This document shows, piece by piece, positions 1-7,545 of a DNA stretch of 49,628 nucleotides. Each line of letters opens with the position of its first letter. Positions within the stretch are counted from its first letter, which is position 1. The notes under the pieces are model-generated. The model ran no database searches and was not told the DNA's origin. It saw only the letters and a program-made list of their open reading frames with translations. Position numbers and translations under genes: made by a program. Source of the stretch: Escherichia phage JMPW1; sequence record NC_041874.1, one strand, 5' to 3'.

Positions 1-102
1 ATTGCATGGTTTGCAACAGTTGGTTGATTTGTTGCTTAGATTGCAATGATTGTGAGAGGGGGGGATCTAGTGTTGCCCGGTTCGCCTGGTAGTCATCTCC
101 AT

Positions 103-121
103 TTTTAGCAAAAAGTGCTAT
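103..121 (-). promoter_or_regulatory. Conserved box, minus orientation (reads ATAGCACTTTTTGCTAAAA on - strand), at left genome end
   Basis: Plus-strand TTTTAGCAAAAAGTGCTAT matches the box family found at about 25 gene boundaries. Confidence 0.4.
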
Positions 122-136
122 CGATTACACTTTACC

Positions 137-165
137 TTGTCACAGATGTAATATTTGTCTAGAAT
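137..165 (+). promoter_or_regulatory. Sigma70-type promoter TTGTCA-17 bp-TAGAAT
   Basis: -35 TTGTCA at 137-142, 17-nt spacer, -10 TAGAAT at 160-165, read directly. Confidence 0.5.
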
Positions 166-225
166 CGCACTTGTGACAAAATTACACACTGTGACGCCTC
201 TAAATATACATATAGATATATGTAT

Positions 226-242
226 CTATATAATATATATAG
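226..242. repeat. 17-bp AT-rich motif CTATATAATATATATAG, copy 1 (exact second copy at 30755-30771)
   Basis: Identical 17-mer read in both AT-rich control regions. Confidence 0.7.
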
Positions 243-524
243 TGTTTTCTTTATTTATATATATAGATAATTATATTGTAATAGTTGTGTATAGTTGTCT
301 TACATTGTCTAGCGTACTGTTGGCATATTTCTATCTGCATGTTTATATATACAGTACTTTTTTGAGAGCTATATATTTCTATAGTGACTCTAGACAGCTA
401 GACAAATGTTACACAGCTTAATATCGGCTCGCAGTCATTGACAGCTCTGTATCGCACTGTCACAATGTCAATTGTTGACACATTATGACGCCATTTACAC
501 ACGAATAGACAAAGAGGATATATT

Positions 525-1040
525 ATGAGCAATACCAATCAGGAATTAAAAATCACCGATATGATTCGACTAACCTGCGATGCAATGTATCGCGACAAAG
601 GCATGAATGAGTTCTCTTTCGTGGCTGATGATATGGCCCTCGAGGCCGCGCGATTCTACTTCCGTGACCAGGAGGTAAGTGATAGCGATCTTGAATCTGC
701 CGCTGCCGGATGGGTGGACCAGAACCAGGGTGAGGTGGAGAAGCGATTCAAGTCTGCTTTCATTACGCCAATCATTACCCGGCACTTTTGCAAGTATGGC
801 AAGGTGGCAAAGGTGAAGGTAGGCCGGAATGACGCTGCAATCACAATGATAACGGTTATCGTTACCGACGAAGAGATTCCCGTGAAGAAGCGCCGCAGTC
901 GGAAGAAAGTTAGCCTGGCCGATTGCCTGGATTCGTTTGTGGTTGATGTGGGTAAACTGGCTGATAGCGAATTGATGACTCGTGACGTAAACGAGATCGT
1001 TCGCCAGATGAAGGCGCATATCGAAAAGTGTGGACTGTAA
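525..1040 (+). CDS. hypothetical early protein (171 aa)
   Basis: ORF with RBS AAAGAGGA 9 nt upstream of ATG; first gene after left control region. Confidence 0.6.
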   Translation: MSNTNQELKITDMIRLTCDAMYRDKGMNEFSFVADDMALEAARFYFRDQEVSDSDLESAAAGWVDQNQGEVEKRFKSAFITPIITRHFCKYGKVAKVKVGRNDAAITMITVIVTDEEIPVKKRRSRKKVSLADCLDSFVVDVGKLADSELMTRDVNEIVRQMKAHIEKCGL

Positions 1041-1054
1041 GCACTGAGCGGTAA

Positions 1055-1104
1055 ATAGCACTTTTTGTTAAAACCGGATCGGGATAACGCGGTATAGTTA
1101 TCCC
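1055..1104 (+). promoter_or_regulatory. Early promoter cassette: box + inverted repeat GGGATAAC/GTTATCCC enclosing -10 TATAGT
   Basis: Box ATAGCACTTTTTGTTAAAAC at 1055-1074; IR 1081-1104; -10 at 1093-1098. Confidence 0.6.
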
Positions 1105-1129
1105 ATCAACAACGAATGAGAAAACGAAG

Positions 1130-1324
1130 ATGGAAACGCAAATTGACGTAGTGGTTGTTCAGCGAGACTCAACTCATGAAAAGGGTCTGTTTAAGAAGGG
1201 AACGGAAATCACGATCGACCTTGAGGATATGGTTGCTTATCACTCTGGACTTACCTGGAACGTGGTGCGCGTAGGCAGCGACTATAAACTCAAAGGCTTT
1301 AACACTTACTTTGCAGAGGCTTAA
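1130..1324 (+). CDS. hypothetical small protein (64 aa)
   Basis: ORF downstream of cassette with RBS GAGAAAACGAAG. Confidence 0.5.
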   Translation: METQIDVVVVQRDSTHEKGLFKKGTEITIDLEDMVAYHSGLTWNVVRVGSDYKLKGFNTYFAEA

Positions 1325-1326
1325 TC

Positions 1327-1797
1327 ATGACAACCATTACCGTATTTCTGGCTAAAGATGAGATTGATGGCGAAATGTCATTCTTCGCATTTGAGCACAA
1401 AACCGGATCGCACTGGCATATGTATAGCCGCTACACGGTTATCGATATCAACTCATACCGCGCAGGCTCACTTACTGAAAAGCTGGGTTGCTTCATTGGA
1501 GCTATCAAGGTGAACAATGGCTGCGAGTGGGCAGATGAGCACGAAGAGCGCCGCATGTGCAATATGATTAACCCGGTCTATCTTGAGTCGTTCGAGCTTG
1601 ATGCTGATGTGAACATTAAGGTGAGAAAGTCTGGTGAGTTATTGCCAGGGATGCGTGTGCTGACTGGTTACTCGGGCCGTAAGGTGTGGCGCACCGTATC
1701 GAAGATTCGCCAGCGTTCTGCAACATGCTACAGCGTATTCTTTGAAGATGGCTGGAATATGATGTCCGGTAGTGAGGTGAAGTATCTCACCAAATAG
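1327..1797 (+). CDS. hypothetical protein (156 aa)
   Basis: ORF; its TAG stop is the TAG of the next box. Confidence 0.55.
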   Translation: MTTITVFLAKDEIDGEMSFFAFEHKTGSHWHMYSRYTVIDINSYRAGSLTEKLGCFIGAIKVNNGCEWADEHEERRMCNMINPVYLESFELDADVNIKVRKSGELLPGMRVLTGYSGRKVWRTVSKIRQRSATCYSVFFEDGWNMMSGSEVKYLTK

Positions 1798-1843
1798 CAC
1801 GAATTGTTAAAACCGGATCGGGGTATCTTGCTATAGTTACCCC
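1794..1843 (+). promoter_or_regulatory. Early promoter cassette: box + IR GGGGTA/TACCCC enclosing -10 TATAGT
   Basis: Box ATAGCACGAATTGTTAAAAC 1794-1813; IR 1820-1843; CCAATCAGAGGA RBS follows. Confidence 0.6.
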
Positions 1844-1875
1844 ATCGAAACGAGATACCAATCAGAGGAATAACC

Positions 1876-2106
1876 ATGTCAATCGTCAAGAACCAGCAAG
1901 CAATCGATTAAACCAATAACAACCGCTTTGCTATTTTCATCACATCGATAGGTCGCCGATTTGCAGTCAAAGCCGTTCCGGGTGGATACAAAACCTACAT
2001 GGAAGATAAAGGAAAGTGGGTGTGGTGCGAAAACCTTGCAAACTTCCTAGTCTGGAATGCAGACCTCCAGGGCTTTGATGATATCAGCACCTTAATTGAG
2101 GAATAA
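1876..2106 (+). pseudogene. Small gene with in-frame TAA at codon 12 (1909-1911); frame continues open to 2106
   Basis: ATG 1876 sits behind a full cassette and RBS; same frame reopens after TAA and runs to TAA at 2104-2106. Confidence 0.3.
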
Positions 2107-2112
2107 ATAATT

Positions 2113-2340
2113 ATGCCACGTTACAATAAACAGACTAAACTCACCCGCGTAAACGGGCACATGATTCCGGCTGAATCCACTCACTACGCAATGGGCGCAA
2201 AGCACGGAGTCTATTTCAAGTGGCGCGGTCAATGGAACTTCACGGCGGTTAGTAATTTCTACATGCGCGTCCCAGGTATTGACCCGCAGACGGTCGTAGA
2301 GGACTCAATCGGCAACAACAAGATCGAGGTGCTAAAATGA
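2113..2340 (+). CDS. hypothetical protein (75 aa)
   Basis: ORF with RBS GAGGAATAAATAATTATG. Confidence 0.5.
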   Translation: MPRYNKQTKLTRVNGHMIPAESTHYAMGAKHGVYFKWRGQWNFTAVSNFYMRVPGIDPQTVVEDSIGNNKIEVLK

Positions 2341-2447
2341 ACTTCAATACAATTGCTTTATGGTCTGCCGTCTGGTTCTTCTGTATGGGTCATGTCATGG
2401 TTGGAATCGTAGTTATGCTGCTACTGTGTGCGGGAGCGTTCGAATGA
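2337..2447 (+). CDS. putative small hydrophobic membrane peptide (36 aa)
   Basis: ATG overlaps upstream stop (ATGA); translation MNFNTIALWSAVWFFCMGHVMVGIVVMLLLCAGAFE is one TM-like segment. Confidence 0.35.
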   Translation: MNFNTIALWSAVWFFCMGHVMVGIVVMLLLCAGAFE

Positions 2448-2617
2448 TGCGCATTCTGATTTGCATGATGGCGGCGGTCGCACTGGCTATCCTGGTAGTG
2501 TCCGGCTGCGGAGAGGCCAAAGAGCGATGCCATGAAACCGGAAACCAGGTTACTACTTTCGTGATGGTTGGCAACGTATTGCTACCAATCACATCAAATG
2601 AAATCACTTGCGAATAG
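2444..2617 (+). CDS. putative small lipoprotein (57 aa)
   Basis: Signal-peptide-like N-terminus ending in lipobox LVVSGC; start overlaps stop of preceding peptide. Confidence 0.4.
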   Translation: MMRILICMMAAVALAILVVSGCGEAKERCHETGNQVTTFVMVGNVLLPITSNEITCE

Positions 2618-2626
2618 GATGTTAAA

Positions 2627-2818
2627 ATGGCTGATTTTATGCACCAAATGATTGCAGTATTCAAAGGTAGTGATGACCAGGAGGTGAAAGAGTGCTTTAC
2701 TGTAGACAAGCCTTATAGCGCATCGCTAACCAGCTTCGGGAATATCTCATTGCTTGATGATAACGGCGACCCCTGGGTATTCGACGAAGACACTGATTGC
2801 TTCGAAATTAAAGAATAG
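2627..2818 (+). CDS. small highly acidic protein (63 aa)
   Basis: ORF rich in D/E; stop TAG shared with next box. Confidence 0.5.
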   Translation: MADFMHQMIAVFKGSDDQEVKECFTVDKPYSASLTSFGNISLLDDNGDPWVFDEDTDCFEIKE

Positions 2819-2864
2819 CACTTTTTGTTAAAACTCAATATCGGGGTTGCGCTATAGTAACCCC
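2815..2864 (+). promoter_or_regulatory. Early promoter cassette: box + IR GGGGTT/AACCCC enclosing -10 TATAGT
   Basis: Box 2815-2834; IR 2843-2864; -10 2853-2858. Confidence 0.6.
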
Positions 2865-2889
2865 ATCGACAACAAACGAGGACACTAAC

Positions 2890-3378
2890 ATGAAAATCAA
2901 ATTGCTTTGCACTGGCGGTTACAAGGGCTTTACTCGCGACCTGGAAGCGGATCCTATCGTGATTGATGCGGTGAAGTGTGATGATAGCCTCGGCGGCTAC
3001 CGCGTGAAGGTTGACGACCTGGTGAAAGCTGGCGTGTACGATCTGGGCTATGGACTTTCGGTTAGCCCGGTAGTTGGTCCGGCAGACTTCAACGAGAAGG
3101 ATGGAACGATGTTCTTCTTCGAATGGGAAGTCCAGGCAAATCCTAAGCCGCGCAAGGTTCGTCTTCTCAGTAATGGCGGCTACCCGATGCGTCCAGGTTA
3201 TGAGAATCGCACATTCCCGGTTATCGTTGACTTTGAAGAAATCACCGCACACTTAGCTTATATCAACGGTGAACAGCTTCATGCTGTTGGATTCGTGGGA
3301 TGTATGAATCAAGAGGCGCTATGCTTCTTCCATTGTAAAGCCGAGCCGTTCGATATTGAGTGCGAGTTAGTATACTAA
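2890..3378 (+). CDS. hypothetical protein (162 aa)
   Basis: ORF after cassette; stop TAA is first codon of next box (TAAGCAC). Confidence 0.55.
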   Translation: MKIKLLCTGGYKGFTRDLEADPIVIDAVKCDDSLGGYRVKVDDLVKAGVYDLGYGLSVSPVVGPADFNEKDGTMFFFEWEVQANPKPRKVRLLSNGGYPMRPGYENRTFPVIVDFEEITAHLAYINGEQLHAVGFVGCMNQEALCFFHCKAEPFDIECELVY

Positions 3379-3423
3379 GCACGAATTGTTAAAAGGGGAT
3401 TTGGCCTGACTGGTATAATCCCC
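3376..3423 (+). promoter_or_regulatory. Early promoter cassette: box + IR GGGGAT/ATCCCC enclosing -10 TATAAT
   Basis: Box TAAGCACGAATTGTTAAAA 3376-3394; IR 3395-3423; -10 3414-3419. Confidence 0.6.
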
Positions 3424-3449
3424 GCATAAACCACTAAGAGGAAAGCATC

Positions 3450-3956
3450 ATGTTAAAATTAGAAGACGTAAAATTCCCGATTAAATTTATCAGCCTAGGT
3501 TGCGGTGAAATTACATTCACCAGTGAAGATAAAGGCAAGTGGGACAATGATAAAATGTCTCAGCTTAAGTTGGATTGGTTTATCAATCGGCACAATGAAG
3601 TAAATCCTGAAAACTCAGCCAAGAAGGATTACCATTACATTATTAGTGGTAGTCAGGATGCGTACGAAAAGTATGATGGTTGGAAAATTGTTCGATCAAT
3701 CTTCCACCCCGCAAAGCCAGAAATTAAACCGATGTTACAATGCGCTCAGATCGAGAACATTCCATTGAGCGCGACGCTAAAAGGAGTGCAGCTTGATGAT
3801 AAATCCTGGCTTGAAATAACCGCCACGCCGAAAACTATTGAAGTGCACGACGATATCGTCACTCTTCTATTGCATTACGGCAGCTTTAAGCACAAAGCGG
3901 TATCAGGTGAAATCAGCATTAAGCGCGGAACACTTGTGCGCTATGAGGTGAAATAA
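3450..3956 (+). CDS. hypothetical protein (168 aa)
   Basis: ORF with RBS AAGAGGAAAG. Confidence 0.55.
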   Translation: MLKLEDVKFPIKFISLGCGEITFTSEDKGKWDNDKMSQLKLDWFINRHNEVNPENSAKKDYHYIISGSQDAYEKYDGWKIVRSIFHPAKPEIKPMLQCAQIENIPLSATLKGVQLDDKSWLEITATPKTIEVHDDIVTLLLHYGSFKHKAVSGEISIKRGTLVRYEVK

Positions 3957-4101
3957 TGGCTGCATGGGTTTTGATTATCTTAATGAGTACCGGGCCGGAT
4001 CACGTATACATGGAAAGTCAGCAATCATGAAACAAGGTACGGGAAGTAATTGCAGAGAATAAGCCGTTCGGATATGAAGTAAAAACGATGTGCGTTAAAC
4101 G

Positions 4102-4151
4102 ATAGCACGAATTGCTAAACCTTCCGCAAGGCCATTTGATATAGTGGCCTT
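4102..4151 (+). promoter_or_regulatory. Early promoter cassette: box + IR AAGGCCA/TGGCCTT enclosing extended -10 TGATATAGT
   Basis: Box 4102-4120; IR 4128-4151; -10 4140-4145 preceded by TG. Confidence 0.6.
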
Positions 4152-4185
4152 ATTGAAGCAAGGCAACCAATCAGAGGAATCAGCT

Positions 4186-4392
4186 ATGGCTACACGACTA
4201 ACTCAGTGGCAGATTTACGACAAGGCCTCACGCCTTCGTGAATCGCTTCGCGGACTGACGCCGAATGACCGAATGGAGATTATCGGGCACGCATTGCACG
4301 AACTAACATCTCAGGACGTAATCTATCATTCATGCGGCAATAAATTCTGGAACGTGACATTCGAGGTAAAGAAAGATGAGCAAAACTCATAA
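4186..4392 (+). CDS. hypothetical protein (68 aa)
   Basis: Start placed at ATG 4186 after CCAATCAGAGGA motif; the upstream ATG 4144 lies inside the promoter hairpin. Confidence 0.45.
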   Translation: MATRLTQWQIYDKASRLRESLRGLTPNDRMEIIGHALHELTSQDVIYHSCGNKFWNVTFEVKKDEQNS

Positions 4393-4663
4393 GTTAAAAA
4401 TCGCCCCGATACATTTCATTGGTGTAATGAACGGAACCAAAACGGCAGAGTTCCGCATCAATGACCGCAACTTCCAGGTTGGTGATATCCTTGAGCTACG
4501 CGAGTTCGATCGTGACGACTTTACCGGGTGGGAAGTTCACGCCAGGGTGTCCGATGTTACAGACGTGACGCCATACATCAATCGCGGTTATGACGAGCAA
4601 GAATGCGACTTCACGCAATACGTGATGTTATCAATCAAGCCTTACAGGAAGGTTAGACCATGA
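4376..4663 (+). CDS. ASCH/DUF3850-like (PUA-fold) small protein (95 aa)
   Basis: Motif GTKTAEFRINDRNFQVGD recalled as typical of DUF3850/ASCH proteins. Confidence 0.4.
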   Translation: MSKTHKLKIAPIHFIGVMNGTKTAEFRINDRNFQVGDILELREFDRDDFTGWEVHARVSDVTDVTPYINRGYDEQECDFTQYVMLSIKPYRKVRP

Positions 4664-5298
4664 AATTTGAGTGCGTATCAAGTAGCGGATCTGGTTTTAA
4701 GTGGGGAAAAACTTACAAAGGTGTTCGCGTAAATGATGACAGCTTCATCATTACTGATGAGAACGGTTGCAACGTGAACGTTGTACGGCGTCACGAATAT
4801 CAGGAAATTTTCCTGCCTTATGGCGGTAGCTCAAAATATATCTTCCATCGAATCGTGGATGGTGTTAAATTTAACGACGTAATCGAAGCAATCAACCAAC
4901 TGCATAATAAAGAGGTAAAATTTATGAAATTCGAATGTATCAGCGACAACACTAAAAAATTTACCGTTGGAAAAATTTACAACGTTCCTTCTGAGCACGC
5001 TAAGCACACTTTAGCGCTGACCGACGACACAGGCTGCCAACGCATTGCAACCGTGACGCACAATGGCGAAGGTCTTCGCTGGAACAGCGGCGGCACTAAG
5101 TTCGCAACTTTCGGTAAGAAGCGCAAGCGCAATTTCCGCGTCAACGGCAAGATCAACACCAGCAAGATTAGCAACGTCAAGCCTATTAATGTTGACCACA
5201 AGCCAGAGCTTGATCTTAAAGGCAAGGTGGATATTCCTGATATGGCTTTAGCGATCCTTATTCTTGTTGCTCTAATTTCTATCATGCTCATCATGTAA
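4660..5298 (+). CDS. tandem-domain protein with C-terminal TM anchor (212 aa)
   Basis: Two internal repeats both starting MKFEC..; hydrophobic C-terminus; member of dispersed paralog family. Confidence 0.55.
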   Translation: MKFECVSSSGSGFKWGKTYKGVRVNDDSFIITDENGCNVNVVRRHEYQEIFLPYGGSSKYIFHRIVDGVKFNDVIEAINQLHNKEVKFMKFECISDNTKKFTVGKIYNVPSEHAKHTLALTDDTGCQRIATVTHNGEGLRWNSGGTKFATFGKKRKRNFRVNGKINTSKISNVKPINVDHKPELDLKGKVDIPDMALAILILVALISIMLIM

Positions 5299-5305
5299 TT
5301 TTAAC

Positions 5306-5339
5306 GGGGAATTGGCTCTGAGCGGTTCCCCTTTCTTTT
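5306..5339 (+). terminator. putative intrinsic terminator
   Basis: Stem GGGGAA/TTCCCC followed by TTTCTTTT. Confidence 0.4.
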
Positions 5340-5446
5340 GGAGAAAACACTATGCCAGACTTTTCTAACTGGAATAACGAGCCGCCATCATTTCAGGAGT
5401 TGCTATTCTGCCTCCTGGTCCTGACATTATCTCTTAAGGGTGTTTT

Positions 5447-5665
5447 ATGGCTACTATCATAACAGCAGAAGATGCAGCACGCGACGCAGTGGAAGGAATG
5501 CGCCCAAATACCTCCAGAATAGCACACTACTACAAATCTGAGGTGTCGGCAGTGCAATTGGTCAACGAAATTTTAAGGCTACCACAAGTCGATTCAGCGC
5601 GCGTGGTGACGTGCTTAAAAAATTATTTTTGCATCGCTATTAAAACGAATAGCACGAATTGCTAA
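5447..5665 (+). CDS. hypothetical protein (72 aa)
   Basis: ORF; stop TAA lies inside next box. Confidence 0.3.
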   Translation: MATIITAEDAARDAVEGMRPNTSRIAHYYKSEVSAVQLVNEILRLPQVDSARVVTCLKNYFCIAIKTNSTNC

Positions 5666-5696
5666 AACCTATCAAGGGGAATGCGCTATGATTCCC
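5649..5696 (+). promoter_or_regulatory. Early promoter cassette: box + IR GGGAAT/ATTCCC enclosing -10 TATGAT
   Basis: Box 5649-5668; IR 5677-5696. Confidence 0.55.
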
Positions 5697-5722
5697 ATGC
5701 ACCAACAAACGAGGAAGCACTC

Positions 5723-6169
5723 ATGAAACACTTAATTTGCATTGAAACGCCTAACGACCAGTACACCCTGCACGGCATTGGAATGTTCAAAGGTCACTAC
5801 ATGACAGCAAGTATTCATGATTCGCGTTGCGTCAATGGCGATCTGATGATTACGTCAAAAGAAGTAACTCCGTACATTATGCAGAATCTTGGCAATAACG
5901 AATATATGGCCTACGGATGCAATGCGGTGTACAAGCATATCAAGATCAGAAAACGCGTTGTTCGCGCATTCAAGAAAATTGCAATGAAACAATGGAAGAT
6001 GAGCAAGAAAGATGCTGGACGCTGGGCGCGTAACGTTGCAGATTCATACTTCTACCGTAACGGTGAGTCCTGCCACTTCCTTATCGATGAACTTATGGAA
6101 AACTACGGCGGCGACTTCAGTCAGGGTGGCTTTGACGCTTGGGCTGACTACGAGGTCGATTACTGGTAA
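5723..6169 (+). CDS. hypothetical protein (148 aa)
   Basis: Start placed at ATG 5723 after RBS GAGGAAG; upstream ATG 5681 lies in promoter hairpin. Confidence 0.5.
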   Translation: MKHLICIETPNDQYTLHGIGMFKGHYMTASIHDSRCVNGDLMITSKEVTPYIMQNLGNNEYMAYGCNAVYKHIKIRKRVVRAFKKIAMKQWKMSKKDAGRWARNVADSYFYRNGESCHFLIDELMENYGGDFSQGGFDAWADYEVDYW

Positions 6170-6218
6170 TAGCACGAATTGCTAAAACTTGCTCAAGGGC
6201 ATTTGATAGAATGCCCTT
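6169..6218 (+). promoter_or_regulatory. Early promoter cassette: box + IR AAGGGCA/TGCCCTT enclosing extended -10 TGATAGAAT
   Basis: Box 6169-6188; IR 6195-6218; -10 6207-6212; CCAATCAGAGGA RBS follows. Confidence 0.6.
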
Positions 6219-6252
6219 CGTTGAGTTAAGCAACCAATCAGAGGAATAAATC

Positions 6253-6864
6253 ATGGATAAAATTACCATTTGGGGCCAGACAATCAACCTGTTTCTCGGC
6301 ACGCGCCGCGTAGCAATCTTTGACTTTGATGGAACACTTAGCGATGGATCTGGTCGACTTCACCTGCTACCTACAAAGGATTTGCACTTAACTGAAAGCT
6401 GGTCCGAGTTTAACCGCGCGGCAATATTTGACAACCCTATCCAAAGCACGATCGATGTGATGAACTCTATGTATGCCGCTGGTCATCATGTGATCATTTT
6501 AACCGGGCGAAGTGATGAGGTGCGTTACGCATCTGAGTTGTGGCTTAAGCATCACGGCGCTCGATATGATTACCTGATTATGCGACCATACACCGATAAC
6601 CGGAAAGACACAGTAATGAAAGAAGAGGCGGTGCGCGCGATCGGCATTGATAACATTCTGGCGGCCTGGGATGACTCACCGCAAATTATTCCATTATTCC
6701 GCTCACTTGGAATAACCACTTACGCTGTAGTTGACTATGGCGATAAAGTTCACGATCATTTAAAATCTCACGGGGTAGATGAGGTTTGCAATCATGAACC
6801 ATCTGAGCCGCTACCGCCATTTGGTGAGAAAATTTGCATTAAGTGCAAGGAGTTATTGAAGTGA
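6253..6864 (+). CDS. HAD-superfamily phosphatase (nucleotidase-like) with C-terminal CxxC
   Basis: HAD motif I FDFDGTL near N-terminus; later ILTGRSD and WDDS motifs. Confidence 0.6.
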   Translation: MDKITIWGQTINLFLGTRRVAIFDFDGTLSDGSGRLHLLPTKDLHLTESWSEFNRAAIFDNPIQSTIDVMNSMYAAGHHVIILTGRSDEVRYASELWLKHHGARYDYLIMRPYTDNRKDTVMKEEAVRAIGIDNILAAWDDSPQIIPLFRSLGITTYAVVDYGDKVHDHLKSHGVDEVCNHEPSEPLPPFGEKICIKCKELLK

Positions 6865-6972
6865 ACCTATACGAATTTATTGCAGCACATCCGGTACTAA
6901 CAGTTATCATTCTGTTAATCATAAACTCCACCATCATCAATGTGGCGAAATTATTTTTAGGGAGATACTGAC

Positions 6973-7545
6973 ATGAAAACAGCTATCATTTTAAACGGTG
7001 CGCCTGGCGCGGGAAAAGACACTATAGGGTGCATCCTGGCTGACACTTACGATCATGTAGCGCTACGCAGCTTTAAAGCTCCAATGTTTGAGATTGCCCG
7101 AGCAATCCTGGGTGAGACTAATTTTGAGTATTTCATGTTCTTGTATGAGGACCGTCGCTATAAAGAAGAGCCAGCATCAATCCTGAACGGTAAAAGCCCG
7201 CGCCAGTTTATGATCTGGATTAGCGAGGAGGTTATCAAGCCGCAGTTCGGAAATCGCTTCTTCGGTATGCGAGCGGAAAGCAAGGTGAAAGAGTCTCACT
7301 CCCTTTCGGTATTTACTGACGGTGGATTCAAAGACGAAATCTTGCAGATGATTGAAGGTGAAATCCAGGTCAAGCTATGTCGAATCCATCGCAACGGTTG
7401 CAACTTTGACAACGACAGTCGCGACTACATCTATCTTGACGATATGATCGGGGTCAACGGTTATCAGGAATGTGACTTCTTCTCTGTCGAAGGTCATCCA
7501 GAAATTACCGCTCAGCACATAGCCGCCACGTTCATCAACAAATAG
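6973..7545 (+). CDS. P-loop kinase, deoxynucleoside monophosphate kinase-like
   Basis: Walker A GAPGAGKDT and LNGKSP motif resembling phage T4 gp1 dNMP kinase (from memory). Confidence 0.55.
   Translation: MKTAIILNGAPGAGKDTIGCILADTYDHVALRSFKAPMFEIARAILGETNFEYFMFLYEDRRYKEEPASILNGKSPRQFMIWISEEVIKPQFGNRFFGMRAESKVKESHSLSVFTDGGFKDEILQMIEGEIQVKLCRIHRNGCNFDNDSRDYIYLDDMIGVNGYQECDFFSVEGHPEITAQHIAATFINK

Noticed and set aside
155-421. ORF of 88 aa in the left AT-rich region
   Set aside because: The translation is low-complexity (IYIIYIVFSLFIYI) from TATATA repeats, with no RBS; it sits inside a promoter- and repeat-rich control region.
570-1061. Antisense ORFs inside coding genes (570-1061 -, 2713-3252 -, 4977-5294 -, 20786-21046 - and similar)
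   Set aside because: They are embedded opposite longer ORFs that have proper RBS and operon context; no promoter or RBS signals of their own.
6253-7545. Split polynucleotide kinase-phosphatase for tRNA repair against anticodon nucleases
   Set aside because: The kinase motifs (GAPGAGKDT, LNGKSP) fit dNMP kinase better than polynucleotide kinase, the domain order is the reverse of T4 Pnkp, and no RNA ligase gene is evident.
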